Part shown: positions 53,281-64,000 of the stretch, piece by piece
Position numbering within the stretch: position 1 is the first letter of the stretch
How the letters are laid out: the number at the start of each line of letters is the position of its first letter
The notes under the pieces: generated by a model
The model's database searches: none
What the model was told of the DNA's origin: nothing
Seen by the model: the letters and a program-made list of their open reading frames with translations, nothing else
Made by a program: the position numbers and the translations under genes
From: the human T2T-CHM13v2.0 reference genome, Homo sapiens
DNA length: 64,000 bases
Reading direction: 5' to 3' (one strand)
Assembly: GCF_009914755.1 (NCBI RefSeq)
Contig: NC_060940.1

Positions 53281-54499
53281 CACATGCCCTGTGACCCCAC
53301 CCCCAGGTCCCCTGGGAAGTCACAGCTGCCATCCCCAACGGAGGATGAGGGTGTCTGCTCCAGGGCTCTTGCAGGCCCTTCCCGTGGTCCCAGGACAGTG
53401 CTGCGGAGTCTCTGGGCTGTGGGTCCCATGAACGGGGTGCCCAGTCACTACTGCTGTGGGCTCCTGCCCTGCCCCCCTTGACCAGGACCTGCAGCCCCAC
53501 TACGGGGTCCCCGGGAGACCAGTGGTGCACAGCTGCCCTGGGACAAGAGGAGCCTGGAGCGGGGTGAAGGAGCCCGGGAGGAGGGGCTGTGGGATTCGGG
53601 ACCCACTACGGGGAGGACAGCCGCACGGGAGGGTTCCGGGCAGGGGGCATGGAGGGCTGTTGGCTCCTCAGGTCTCCCCCTTGCAGAGGCTGGGCAGGGG
53701 CACCCCGTGGCACCAGCCTTTCCCAGGCGATGGGTCCCTCGGGTTCCCACAACTGCCGCTGCCTGAGATGTCCGCCCCTGAGCTGTGCCACAGGGCTGGG
53801 CCCCACCAACAGCAGAGTCCCTGGGACAGCCCCCCGGGAAGGGCCGCCCAGGCCCCTGTGGCCGACAGCTCCGCGTGGTCGCTCCGGCAGACTTGCTGGC
53901 TCCTGGTGCGTCCCTCTGAGGCCCTGTCTGTCCCTCCACAGACACAGGGCGCCCTGTTTCCCCGGGAGCTGGAACACGGGCCCTCTGTTGGCACCTGGGC
54001 TGGCTGTCCCCCCCGGGCAGGCCGAGGGGGGGCTCCACACAGACCCACACTGTGCCTACCGCAGCCGCCCTCCTCGGCCTGAACCACCGTGTTGTCCCCA
54101 CTGGGGCCCCCCACAGTGGCTCAGCCGTGGGCATCATGGCTCCAGGTGCCGTGGATGGAGGCAGGGGGAAGGGGTGGGTGGGGGAACCGCCCCCCCAGGC
54201 TGGGGGAGAGGGGAGGGCCTCTGTCCTATGGTGGGGCCCACTTCTGACTTCTCCCAGGACCCAGCCTCACAGCGTCCTGGGTGGGGGACGTTGCCCCAGA
54301 GCTTTGCCTCCTTCCGGCAGGGCTGGCACCCCTGCTCATTCCCATTTACTCCAAGTATTGCCGCAGCAGACACTGGAAGGGTCGCCAGGCAAAGCACCAC
54401 CCATTCACCTCTCCATCAAGCTCCCGCTCGGTCACCCGCTGCCCCAGCATCAGAGTGTGGGCTGGGGGCACGGCCACCGCCAAGGGGAGGGAGGTACAA

Positions 54500-55421
54500 G
54501 AACTTCTTCATTTAAACAGTGTGTTTTCGAGTAAGCTGGTAAGTGGTATAATAGGAATAGTAGAAGAATATGCCATAGCTATGGCTCAAGAATAGGAATA
54601 AGAAAAATGTGCAGTAGACGCTGTTTGTCCGACGATGATGAAAGTGTGCACGGCCGGCTGTCCTCCGATTGAGGGGCCTTGTCAAGGCCTCAGAGGCAGC
54701 GAGGTCACAGCCTGGTGGAGGGTCTGGGTGTGCGCTGTGTCCATCTGCACCTCACAGACACCAGTCATGGGGGGATGAAACCGGGCCAAGAACACATGTG
54801 TGCACAGGCTGTGTGTGCCTGCATGTGTGGGATGCGTGTAGGCTGTGGCGGGGGTGGAGATGAGGGATAGGACAGAAAATGGCCCATCCAACCCCACATC
54901 CTGGCCGGGCGTGTCCAGGTCCCTGTGGGGCGAGGGTTTGGCTGCCCCAGACGTGACAGGGACTTGGCTCTGAGGGTCAGGACCTGGCTGGGAACACACC
55001 ATTGAAGAGGGAACAGAAACCAGGCCCTGGGACGCTAGAGACCCCAAGAGCTACCTGGCTGGGTCTATGGTCAGGGCTGTAGTGGAGGAAGGTGTCAGGA
55101 TGGCCATTGTCTCAACTCCTGTGGGCGGCACAGCCCCAGGCTGGGCCTCTGGGAGGAGGGTGGGATGGATGGGAGATCAGAGCCCCTGGCGCCTGGGACA
55201 AGGGTTGGCCTGGATGTGGGGCCCCAGGTGGGCAGGGCCTGGGAGCCGCCACAGTATGTGACAACAGACCCCACCCTGGACCCCCGTGCTGGGGGCTGGG
55301 TCCCACCGCTCTCCTCTCCACGTCTCTCTTGGCGATGCCCAGCTTGGGCTGGGCGCAGGGAAGGGCAAACGTTGCTGAGCCGCCGAGGGGCTGGGTCTTC
55401 GCCTTTATTTCTGGTGCACGT
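54500..55421 (-). other. LMF1: LMF1 3' UTR (distal end approximate)
   Basis: Unique sequence downstream of the LMF1 stop; U-rich block on the minus strand at ~54540-54610. The exact cleavage site cannot be read from sequence. Confidence 0.65.
55404..55409 (-). promoter_or_regulatory. Canonical poly(A) signal AATAAA 12 nt after the LMF1 stop
   Basis: TTTATT at 55404-55409 on the + strand. Confidence 0.55.
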
Positions 55422-55596
55422 CTAGAGGGGCCCGGGCAGAGGCCACCCACGGTCCCTGAAGTAGGGCCTCAGCTCCTCCAGGCTGAGCGGAGGGAAGTAG
55501 GCTCCGATCCTCTTCCGCACCCACCACTTGCCCTCGGCGGCGTGCCTGCCCCCAGGACGGCTGAACTTGTACCTGTAGTGCTCTCCTCGGACCCAC
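55422..55596 (-). CDS. LMF1: Lipase maturation factor 1, last coding exon
   Basis: WVRGEHYRYKFSRPGGRHAAEGKWWVRKRIGAYFPPLSLEELRPYFRDRGWPLPGPL* is the human LMF1 C-terminus. CCCCCTTGCAG acceptor (AG at 55598-55597); TAG at 55424-55422. Confidence 0.96.
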
Positions 55597-57829
55597 CTGC
55601 AAGGGGGCACATGTCAGCCCAGGGCCTGCTGGGACTCCCGGCCCCCGACCCGGCTCCTCAGCCTGCTGCTGAGCTGCAGCTGCTCACAGGGTCCCCCACG
55701 GACAGAGGGGCTGCATGAGGAGCCCCCACCCTGAGCACAGGTAGACCCCCAGCAGACCCCGGGCAGGGCAACTGTTCCAGTCGGCACCCTCAGCAGTGAA
55801 CAGCGCAGCAAGGGGGAAGGGCGGACGGGGGGCAGCTCCGGGAGGGGAGACCCAGCAGGGCCCACTTGGCAGAGGGACCGGCCCGGGGAAGGCCAGGAGC
55901 TTCACGGGTGGCACTGAGCAAGCCTGAGACCGTTCACAAGGCCCCAGTTTGAGCCCCAAGTGTCCCCCGCCTGGGAAGGTGGGGAGAGGAACCTACTGCT
56001 CATGGTGTGGCGTCTCCACCATCAGGCCAGTCCTGGCGCAAGGTGCCTGGGGGTTTCGGTCCACGGGGCAGTCCGAGGCTGTGAGGGAGCCAGGCCGGGA
56101 CCTGTTTCCTGAGGGCGGAGCCTCTGCTTCCCAGGGCTTCAGGCCCTTCCCTGCCTGAGACGTGCAGATGCTGGCTGGCTGCTCTCCTCTGTCATGCCCG
56201 AGTGGGATGAAGGCCCCCACCCCCATCTCCCCTGGAGCAGGGTAGCGGGCAGGTCTCTCTGCTGAGCCCTGTATAAGGTCCCGCCTGACCCCTGGTGACC
56301 AGGCCTGGTTTAGGCCATACTGGGTCTTGGTCCCTGGCTGGCAAGCCCTCACTGGACTCTCGGAGGACTGGGCATTTTCTCCTGGGGGTGGGACGAAGCC
56401 CCCTCATGTCCAGGGTTGCTCGGCTGCCCCGGAGGAGGAGGCGCCAGGAGGAATTGTCACCGTCACAAGCTCCCGGCCCTCCAGGCCCCTTCGCAGTTGT
56501 GCAGCAGGAGCGGAAGCTTCTCAGCCCACAGGGCGGCTGCTGCCTGGCTGGGATCCATGGCAGAGCTGGGCCCCAGCTGCCCGGTGGGTGTGATGGTGCA
56601 GCCATAACAGGACCCTCTCATGGCCCCTGGAATGAGCCCAGGCAGGTGCCAGAGGCTTCACACTGCACCAGGGCCCGGTAGCGACTGTCTGGGCTGCTGT
56701 CATTATTTGGGGCTTCTGGTGACCTGCACACAGCTGTGCTCTGGGGGCTGGGGGTGGAGACCTTGGGCCATGCCCCTTAGGCTGGCAGGGTGAGGGCCTC
56801 TGGGTCCACCCGGCTCCTCCTGGCTTTGAGTCTCTTTGGGTCTGGGTGTGTGATGGATGATGATTCTTCTCTCCCCAAGTCTGAATTACGCCAGGAAAAC
56901 CGGGAAGACAGAGACCCTCTGGGTGGAGGAGGGTCCCTGAGGCGCCTGATGGGAGAGAGGGATCAGCAGCTCCAAGAGGAGTGGGGTCGGGCCTTTGGAA
57001 AACCTCCCGGGCAGCCAAGACTGAGGGTGATGCTGGCAGTTGGTGGCTCCCGTCCACTCCAGGAGGGCACTGCCCACTGCCCTGGGCCCCAGGGGTCTTT
57101 CCTGGACCCCTTGGGCCTGAGGCTGCCATGGTTTTCCTTGGCTATAAGGACGGCAGCGGCCAGCATGGGGACTGAGGCCAGGTGGTGCCAGGCAGAGAAG
57201 TCACACTGGACCCCGAGGTCGACCTCTGAGCAGCTCAGCAGCAGACTGAAGGGACGGGCTGGAATGCGGCCGTGAGGGCGCTGGGCTGTGCGGGCAGCAT
57301 GGTCCCTGCACACTCTCCTGGGCCTTGCTAGGGCAATGCAGTCCCCAGGCAGGCCCACCCTCTCCCAAACCCTGCATTTAGTGAGGCCGGGAGGGTGGGG
57401 ATCCTGGGAAGGCCTCCTGCAGTGGGATTGCCCATCTTTCCCAAATTCCTGCTCTTGCTTTCTGCTCCTTCCCAGGACAGGGTCAAGGCCTAGGGGGCCC
57501 AGGGCCTGGTCTCTGACATCAAGAGCTGGAACTGCAGTTTGGAAAGGGTTTTGGAAAGGGTCAGAACCCTCTGTGCCAACTGGCAGGTTGGTGGGAAGGG
57601 GCCCCAGGCCCCAGCGGCCTGAAGGGTTGCATTTCATTCCTGCAGACAAAGTACCCGAGAAGGCCATGGCACCGCCCCGGAGGGCTTGAGAGTGTTGAAA
57701 ATAGGGGATCTCCCAGCCCTTTTGAAATAGACCCTACTGGCAACAGCTGGGCATCTTGCACAGCTATAGTAGGGATTGCAGCCAGGGCCTGACACTGAGG
57801 CCACAGACACGGGTCCCATCCACGCCCGG

Positions 57830-58311
57830 ACCCCCGTGTCCTTCCACACCCTCCCCGACCTTCGGCCTCCTTGTGTGATTTCAAGAACGTATGATTTCAA
57901 GAATGAGTGGAACCCTGCGGCACGTACCCGCGGGGCAGGCGATTCTCACGCCAATTCTCAGGTTCCGCCAGGTCGTGTGATGGAGGCTTCCTTCCTCCTC
58001 GTCGCTGACCGGCGTCTGCGGCGTGAGTGCACCCTAGTTTGTGCGGTCGCTCTCTTGTGGAAGGACAGCTGAGCTCTTTGCAGTTTTTGTCTGTGACGGC
58101 TGCCGTAAACCTCTGCACGGGTTTCTGCGTGAACCTGGGTTTCAACTCTCTGGCTTAAACGTCCATGGAAGCAGCTGCTGAGTCCACTGCAACTTCGGGT
58201 GTCCTTTTTGAGGAGCCATTTTACCCTCCCAGCAACAGCCGAGTGACTCGATTTCTTGGTATCTTTGCCAGCATGTGGGGTTGTTGCTACTTTTATTCCA
58301 GCCGTTTTGAT
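57830..58311 (-). mobile_element. GC-shifted L1M relic in the LMF1 intron
   Basis: GCTGCCGTAAACCTCTGCACGGGTTTCTGCGTGAAC...CCATTTTACCCTCCCAGCAACAG...TTTGCCAGCATGTGG...CAGCCGTTTTGATGGGTGTG is collinear with the antisense L1 consensus. Confidence 0.75.
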
Positions 58312-61300
58312 GGGTGTGCAGTGGTGTCACGGGACGGGTGTGAGTGGTGTCTCGGGACGGGTGTGAGTGGTGTCACGGGACGGGTGTGAGTGGTGTCTCG
58401 GGACGGGTGTGAGTGGTGTCACGGGACGGGTGTGAGTGGTGTCACGGGACGGGTGTGAGTGGTGTCTCGGGACGGGTGTGAGTGGTGTCACGGGACGGGT
58501 GTGAGTGGTGTCACGGGACGGGTGTGAGTGGTGTCACGGGACGGGTGTGAGTGGTGTCTCGGGACGGGTGTGAGTGGTGTCTCGGGACGGGTGTGCAGTG
58601 GTGTCTCGGGACGGGTGTGAGTGGTGTCTCGGGACGGGTGTGAGTGGTGTCACGGGACGGGTGTGAGTGGTGTCACGGGACGGGTGTGAGTGGTGTCACG
58701 GGACGGGTGTGAGTGGTGTCTCGGGATGGGTGTGAGTGGTGTCTCGGGATGGGTGTGAGTGGTGTCTCGGGATGGGTGTGCAGTGGTGTCACGGGATGGG
58801 TGTGCAGTGGTGTCTCGGGACGGGTGTGCAGTGGTGTCTCGGGACGGGTGTGCAGTGGTGTCACGGGACGGGTGTGCAGTGGTGTCTCGGGACGGGTGTG
58901 CAGTGGTGTCTCGGGACGGGTGTGCAGTGGTGTCACGGGACGGGTGTGAGTGGTGTCACGGGACGGGTGTGAGTGGTGTCTCGGGACGGGTGTGAGTGGT
59001 GTCTCGGGACGGGTGTGAGTGGTGTCTCGGGACGGGTGTGCGTGGTGTCACGGGACGGGTGTGCGTGGTGTCTCGGGACGGGTGTGCGTGGTGTCACGGG
59101 ACGGGTGTGCAGTGGTGTCTCGGGACGGGTGTGCGTGGTGTCTCGGGACGGGTGTGCGTGGTGTCTCGGGATGGGTGTGAGTGGTGTCTCGGGATGGGTG
59201 TGAGTGGTGTCTCGGGATGGGTGTGCGTGGTGTCACGGGATGGGTGTGCAGTGGTGTCTCGGGATGGGTGTGCGTGGTGTCTCGGGATGGGTGTGCGTGG
59301 TGTCTCGGGATGGGTGTGCGTGGTGTCTCGGGATGGGTGTGCGTGGTGTCTCGGGATGGGTGTGAGTGGTGTCTCGGGATGGGTGTGAGTGGTGTCTCGG
59401 GATGGGTGTGCAGTGATGTCTCGGGATGGGTGTGAGTGGTGTCTCGGGATGGGTGTGAGTGGTGTCTCGGGATGGGTGTGAGTGGTGTCACGGGATGGGT
59501 GTGAGTGGTGTCTCGGGATGGGTGTGCGTGGTGTCACGGGATGGGTGTGAGTGGTGTCTCGGGATGGGTGTGCGTGGTGTCACGGGATGGGTGTGCGTGG
59601 TGTCTCGGGATGGGTGTGAGTGGTGTCTCGGGATGGGTGTGAGTGGTGTCTCGGGATGGGTGTGAGTGGTGTCTCGGGATGGGTGTGAGTGGTGTCTCGG
59701 GATGGGTGTGAGTGGTGTCTCGGGATGGGTGTGCAGTGGTGTCTCGGGATGGGTGTGAGTGGTGTCTCGGGATGGGTGTGAGTGGTGTCTCGGGATGGGT
59801 GTGCGTGGTGTCACGGGATGGGTGTGCAGTGGTGTCTCGGGATGGGTGTGCAGTGGTGTCTCGGGATGGGTGTGCAGTGGTGTCTCGGGATGGGTGTGAG
59901 TGGTGTCTCGGGACGGGTGTGCAGTGGTGTCTCGGGACGGGTGTGAGTGGTGTCTCGGGACGGGTGTGAGTGGTGTCACGGGACGGGTGTGAGTGGTGTC
60001 ACGGGACGGGTGTGAGTGGTGACTCGGGACGGGTGTGCAGTGGTGACTCGGGACGGGTGTGCGTGGTGTCTCGGGACGGGTGTGCAGTGGTGTCTCGGGA
60101 CGGGTGTGCAGTGGTGTCTCGGGACGGGTGTGAGTGGTGTCTCGGGACGGGTGTGCAGTGGTGTCTCGGGACGGGTGTGCAGTGGTGTCTCGGGACGGGT
60201 GTGAGTGGTGTCACGGGACGGGTGTGAGTGGTGTCACGGGACGGGTGTGAGTGGTGTCTCGGGACGGGTGTGACTGGTGTCTCGGGACGGGTGTGACTGG
60301 TGTCACGGGACGGGTGTGCAGTGGTGTCACGGGACGGGTGTGAGTGGTGTCTCGGGACGGGTGTGAGTGGTGTCACGGGACGGGTGTGAGTGGTGTCACG
60401 GGACGGGTGTGAGTGGTGTCTCGGGACGGGTGTGCAGTGGTGTCTCGGGACGGGTGTGCAGTGGTGTCACGGGACGGGTGTGCAGTGGTGTCACGGGACG
60501 GGTGTGCAGTGGTGTCACGGGACGGGTGTGCAGTGGTGTCACGGGACGCGTGTGCAGTGGTGTCACGGGACGCGTGTGCAGTGGTGTCACGGGACGGGTG
60601 TGAGTGATGTCACGGGACGGGTGTGAGTGGTGTCACGGGACGGGTGTGAGTGGTGTCTCGGGACGGGTGTGCAGTGATGTCTCCGGACGGGTGTGCACTG
60701 ATGTCACGGGACGGGTGTGCAGTGGTGTCTCGGGACGGGTGTGAGTGGTGTCTCGGGACGGGTGTGAGTGGTGTCTCGGGACGGGTGTGCAGTGGTGTCA
60801 CGGGACGGGTGTGCAGTGGTGTCACGGGACGGGTGTGAGTGGTGTCTCGGGACGGGTGTGAGTGGTGTCTCGGGACGGGTGTGCAGTGTTGTCACGGGAC
60901 GGGTGTGAGTGGTGTCTCGGGACGGGTGTGAGTGGTGTCACGGGACGGGTGTGCAGTGGTGTCTCGGGAGGGGTGTGCAGTGGTGTCTCGGGACGGGTGT
61001 GAGTGGTGTCACGGGACGGGTGTGAGTGGTGTCTCGGGACGGGTGTGAGTGGTGTCAGGGGACGGGTGTGCAGTGGTGTCTCGGGACGGGTGTGAGTGGT
61101 GTCTCGGGACGGGTGTGCAGTGGTGTCTCGGGACGGGTGTGCAGTGGTGTCTCGGGACGGGTGTGAGTGGTGTCTCGGGACGGGTGTGCAGTGGTGTCTC
61201 GGGACGGGTGTGCGTGGTGTCTCGGGACGGGTGTGCAGTGGTGTCTCGGGACGGGTGTGCAGTGGTGTCTCGGGACGGGTGTGAGTGGTGTCTCGGGACG

Positions 61301-64000
61301 GGTGTGCAGTGGTGTCTCGGGATGGGTGTGAGTGGTGTCACGGGATGGGTGTGAGTGGTGTCTCGGGATGGGTGTGAGTGGTGTCTCGGGATGGGTGTGC
61401 AGTGGTGTCTCGGGATGGGTGTGAGTGGTGTCTCGGGATGGGTGTGAGTGGTGTCACGGGATGGGTGTGCAGTGATGTCACGGGACGGGTGTGAGTGGTG
61501 TCACGGGACGGGTGTGAGTGGTGTCTCGGGACGGGTGTGAGTGGTGTCACGGGACGGGTGTGAGTGGTGTCTCGGGACGGGTGTGCAGTGGTGTCACGGG
61601 ACGGGTGTGAGTGGTGTCACGGGACGGGTGTGAGTGGTGTCACGGGACGGGTGTGAGTGGTGTCTCGGGACGGGTGTGCACTGATGTCACGGGACGGGTG
61701 TGCAGTGGTGTCTCGGGACGGGTGTGAGTGGTGTCTCGGGACGGGTGTGAGTGGTGTCTCGGGACGGGTGTGAGTGATGTCACGGGACGGGTGTGCAGTG
61801 GTGTCACGGGACGGGTGTGAGTGGTGTCACGGGACGGGTGTGAGTGGTGTCTCGGGACGGGTGTGAGTGGTGTCACGGGACGGGTGTGCAGTGGTCTCGG
61901 GACGGGTGTGCAGTGGTGTCTCGGGACGGGTGTGACTGGTGTCTCGGGACGGTTGTGCAGTGGTGTCTCGGGACGGGTGTGAGTGGTGTCACGGGACGGG
62001 TGTGAGTGGTGTCTCGGGACGGGTGTGAGTGGTGTCTCGGGACGGGTGTGAGTCGTGTCACGGGACGGGTGTGCAGTGGTGTCTCGGGACGGGTGTGCAG
62101 TGGTGTCTCGGGACGGGTGTGCGTGGTGTCTCGGGACGGGTGTGCAGTGGTGTCTCGGGACGGGTGTGCAGTGGTGTCTCGGGACGGGTGTGAGTGGTGT
62201 CTCGGGACGGGTGTGCAGTGGTGTCTCGGGATGGGTGTGAGTGGTGTCACGGGATGGGTGTGAGTGGTGTCTCGGGATGGGTGTGCAGTGGTGTCTCGGG
62301 ATGGGTGTGAGTGGTGTCTCGGGATGGGTGTGAGTGGTGTCACGGGATGGGTGTGAGTGGTGTCTCGGGATGGGTGTGAGTGGTGTCACGGGATGGGTGT
62401 GCAGTGATGTCACGGGATGGGTGTGAGTGGTGTCTCGGGATGGGTGTGAGTGGTGTCTCGGGACGGGTGTGAGTGGTGTCTCGGGACGGGTGTGCAGTGG
62501 TGTCACGGGACGGGTGTGCTGTGGTGTCTCGGGACGGGTGTGCAGTGGTGTCTTGGGACGGGTGTGCAGTGGTGTCACGGGACGGGTGTGCAGTGGTGTC
62601 ACGGGACGGGTGTGCAGTGGTGTCACGGGACGGGTGTGAGTGATGTCACGGGACGGGTGTGAGTGGTGTCTCGAGACGGGTGTGCAGTGATGTCTCGGGA
62701 CGGGTGTGCAGTGATGTCACGGGACGGGTGTGCAGTGGTGTCTCGGGACGGGTGTGAGTGGTGTCTCGGGACGGGTGTGAGTGGTGTCTCGGGACGGGTG
62801 TGCAGTGATGTCACGGGACGGGTGTGCAGTGGTGTCACGGGACGGGTGTGAGTGGTGTCACGGGACGGGTGTGAGTGGTGTCTCGGGACGGGTGTGAGTG
62901 GTGTCACGGGACGGGTGTGCAGTGGTCTCGGGACGGGTGTGCAGTGGTGTCTCGGGACGGGTGTGAGTGGTGTCACGGGACGGGTGTGAGTGGTGTCTCG
63001 GGACGGGTGTGAGTGGTGTCTCGGGACGGGTGTGCAGTGTTGTCACGGGACGGGTGTGAGTGGTGTCTCGGGACGGGTGTGAGTGATGTCACGGGACGGG
63101 TGTGCAGTGGTGTCTCGGGACGGGTGTGCAGTGGTGTCACGGGACGGGTGTGAGTGATGTCACGGGACGGGTGTGAGTGGTGTCTCGGGACGGGTGTGAG
63201 TCGTGTCACGGGACGGGTGTGCAGTGGTGTCTCGGGACGGGTGTGCAGTGGTGTCTCGGGACGGGTGTGCAGTGGTGTCACGGGACGGGTGTGAGTGGTG
63301 TCTCGGGACGGGTGTGAGTGGTGTCTCGGGACGGGTGTGAGTGGTGTCTCGGGACGGGTGTGCAGTGGTGTCACGGGACGGGTGTGAGTGATGTCTCGGG
63401 ACGGGTGTGAGTGGTGTCACGGGACGGGTGTGAGTGGTGTCACGGGACGGGTGTGAGTGGTGTCACGGGACGGGTGTGCAGTGGTGTCACGGGACGGGTG
63501 TGCAGTGGTGTCACGGGACGGGTGCGAGTGGTGTCTCGGGACGGGTGCGAGTGGTGTCTCGGGACGGGTGCGAGTGGTGTCACGGGACGGGTGCGAGTGG
63601 TGTCACGGGAGGTGTGCGAGTGGTGTCTCGGGACGGGTGCGAGTGGTGTCTCGGGACGGGTGCGAGTGGTGTCTCGGGACGGGTGCGAGTGGTGTCTCGG
63701 GACGGGTGTGCGTGGTGTCTCGGGACGGGTGTGAGTGGTGTCTCGGGACGGGTGTGCAGTGGTGTCTCGGGACGGGTGTGAGTGGTGTCTCGGGACGGGT
63801 GTGAGTGGTGTCTCGGGACGGGTGTGAGTGGTGTCACGGGGTGGGTGTGAGTGGTGTCTCGGGGTGGGTGTGAGTGGTGTCTCGGGGTGGGTGTGAGTGG
63901 TGTCTCGGGGTGGGTGTGAGTGGTGTCTCGGGGTGGGTGTGCAGTGGTGTCTCGGGATGGGTGTGCAGTGGTGTCTCGGGGTGGGTGTGCAGTGGTGTCT
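58312..64000. repeat. Large 23/24-bp VNTR in the last LMF1 intron (>5.6 kb, roughly 240 units, runs off the window)
   Basis: GGGTGTG(A/CA/C)GTGGTGTC(T/A)CGGGA(C/T) tandem array. Confidence 0.98.

Noticed and set aside
53456-54515. Overlapping 200-300 aa ORFs downstream of LMF1
   Set aside because: Very GC-rich stop-poor DNA open on both strands, with no domain or splice support.
54628-54720. Possible C/D-box snoRNA (ATGATGA at ~54635)
   Set aside because: No suitably placed CTGA D box or terminal stem, and it is antisense to the LMF1 UTR rather than in a host intron.
58673-63837. Many Cys/Val/Gly- or His/Pro/Thr-rich ORFs
   Set aside because: Artefacts of the 23/24-bp VNTR.

Overview
Human (primate) genomic DNA with the character of subtelomeric 16p13.3: GC-rich, CpG-rich and dense in Alu, L1, MIR and LTR relics. 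Two genes anchor it. (i) The three-exon PRR25 model on + (4267-4734, 6297-6471, 12121-12686) splices at GT/AG into 1209 nt, giving a 402-aa proline-rich ORF. (ii) The last coding exon and 3'UTR of LMF1 lie on - (55596-55422, UTR to about 54.5 kb), and the rest of the window is the preceding LMF1 intron. By recalled gene order, GNG13 lies just left of the window and SOX8 lies beyond LMF1 to the right. I see no prokaryotic system, CRISPR array or credible new protein-coding gene; nearly all listed ORFs are GC-rich, Alu or VNTR artefacts. The most interesting signals: four minisatellites (46.4, 49.7, 50.8 and 58.3-64 kb) that appear to be amplified pieces of the old L1 relics they sit in; an orphan housekeeping-type CpG-island promoter inside PRR25 intron 2; two developmental-enhancer-like motif clusters (25.9-26.5 kb, 43.1 kb); a perfect 12x40-bp CpG-rich array; and possible alternative 3' ends of LMF1. 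Repeat boundaries and subfamily calls were made by eye and are approximate.
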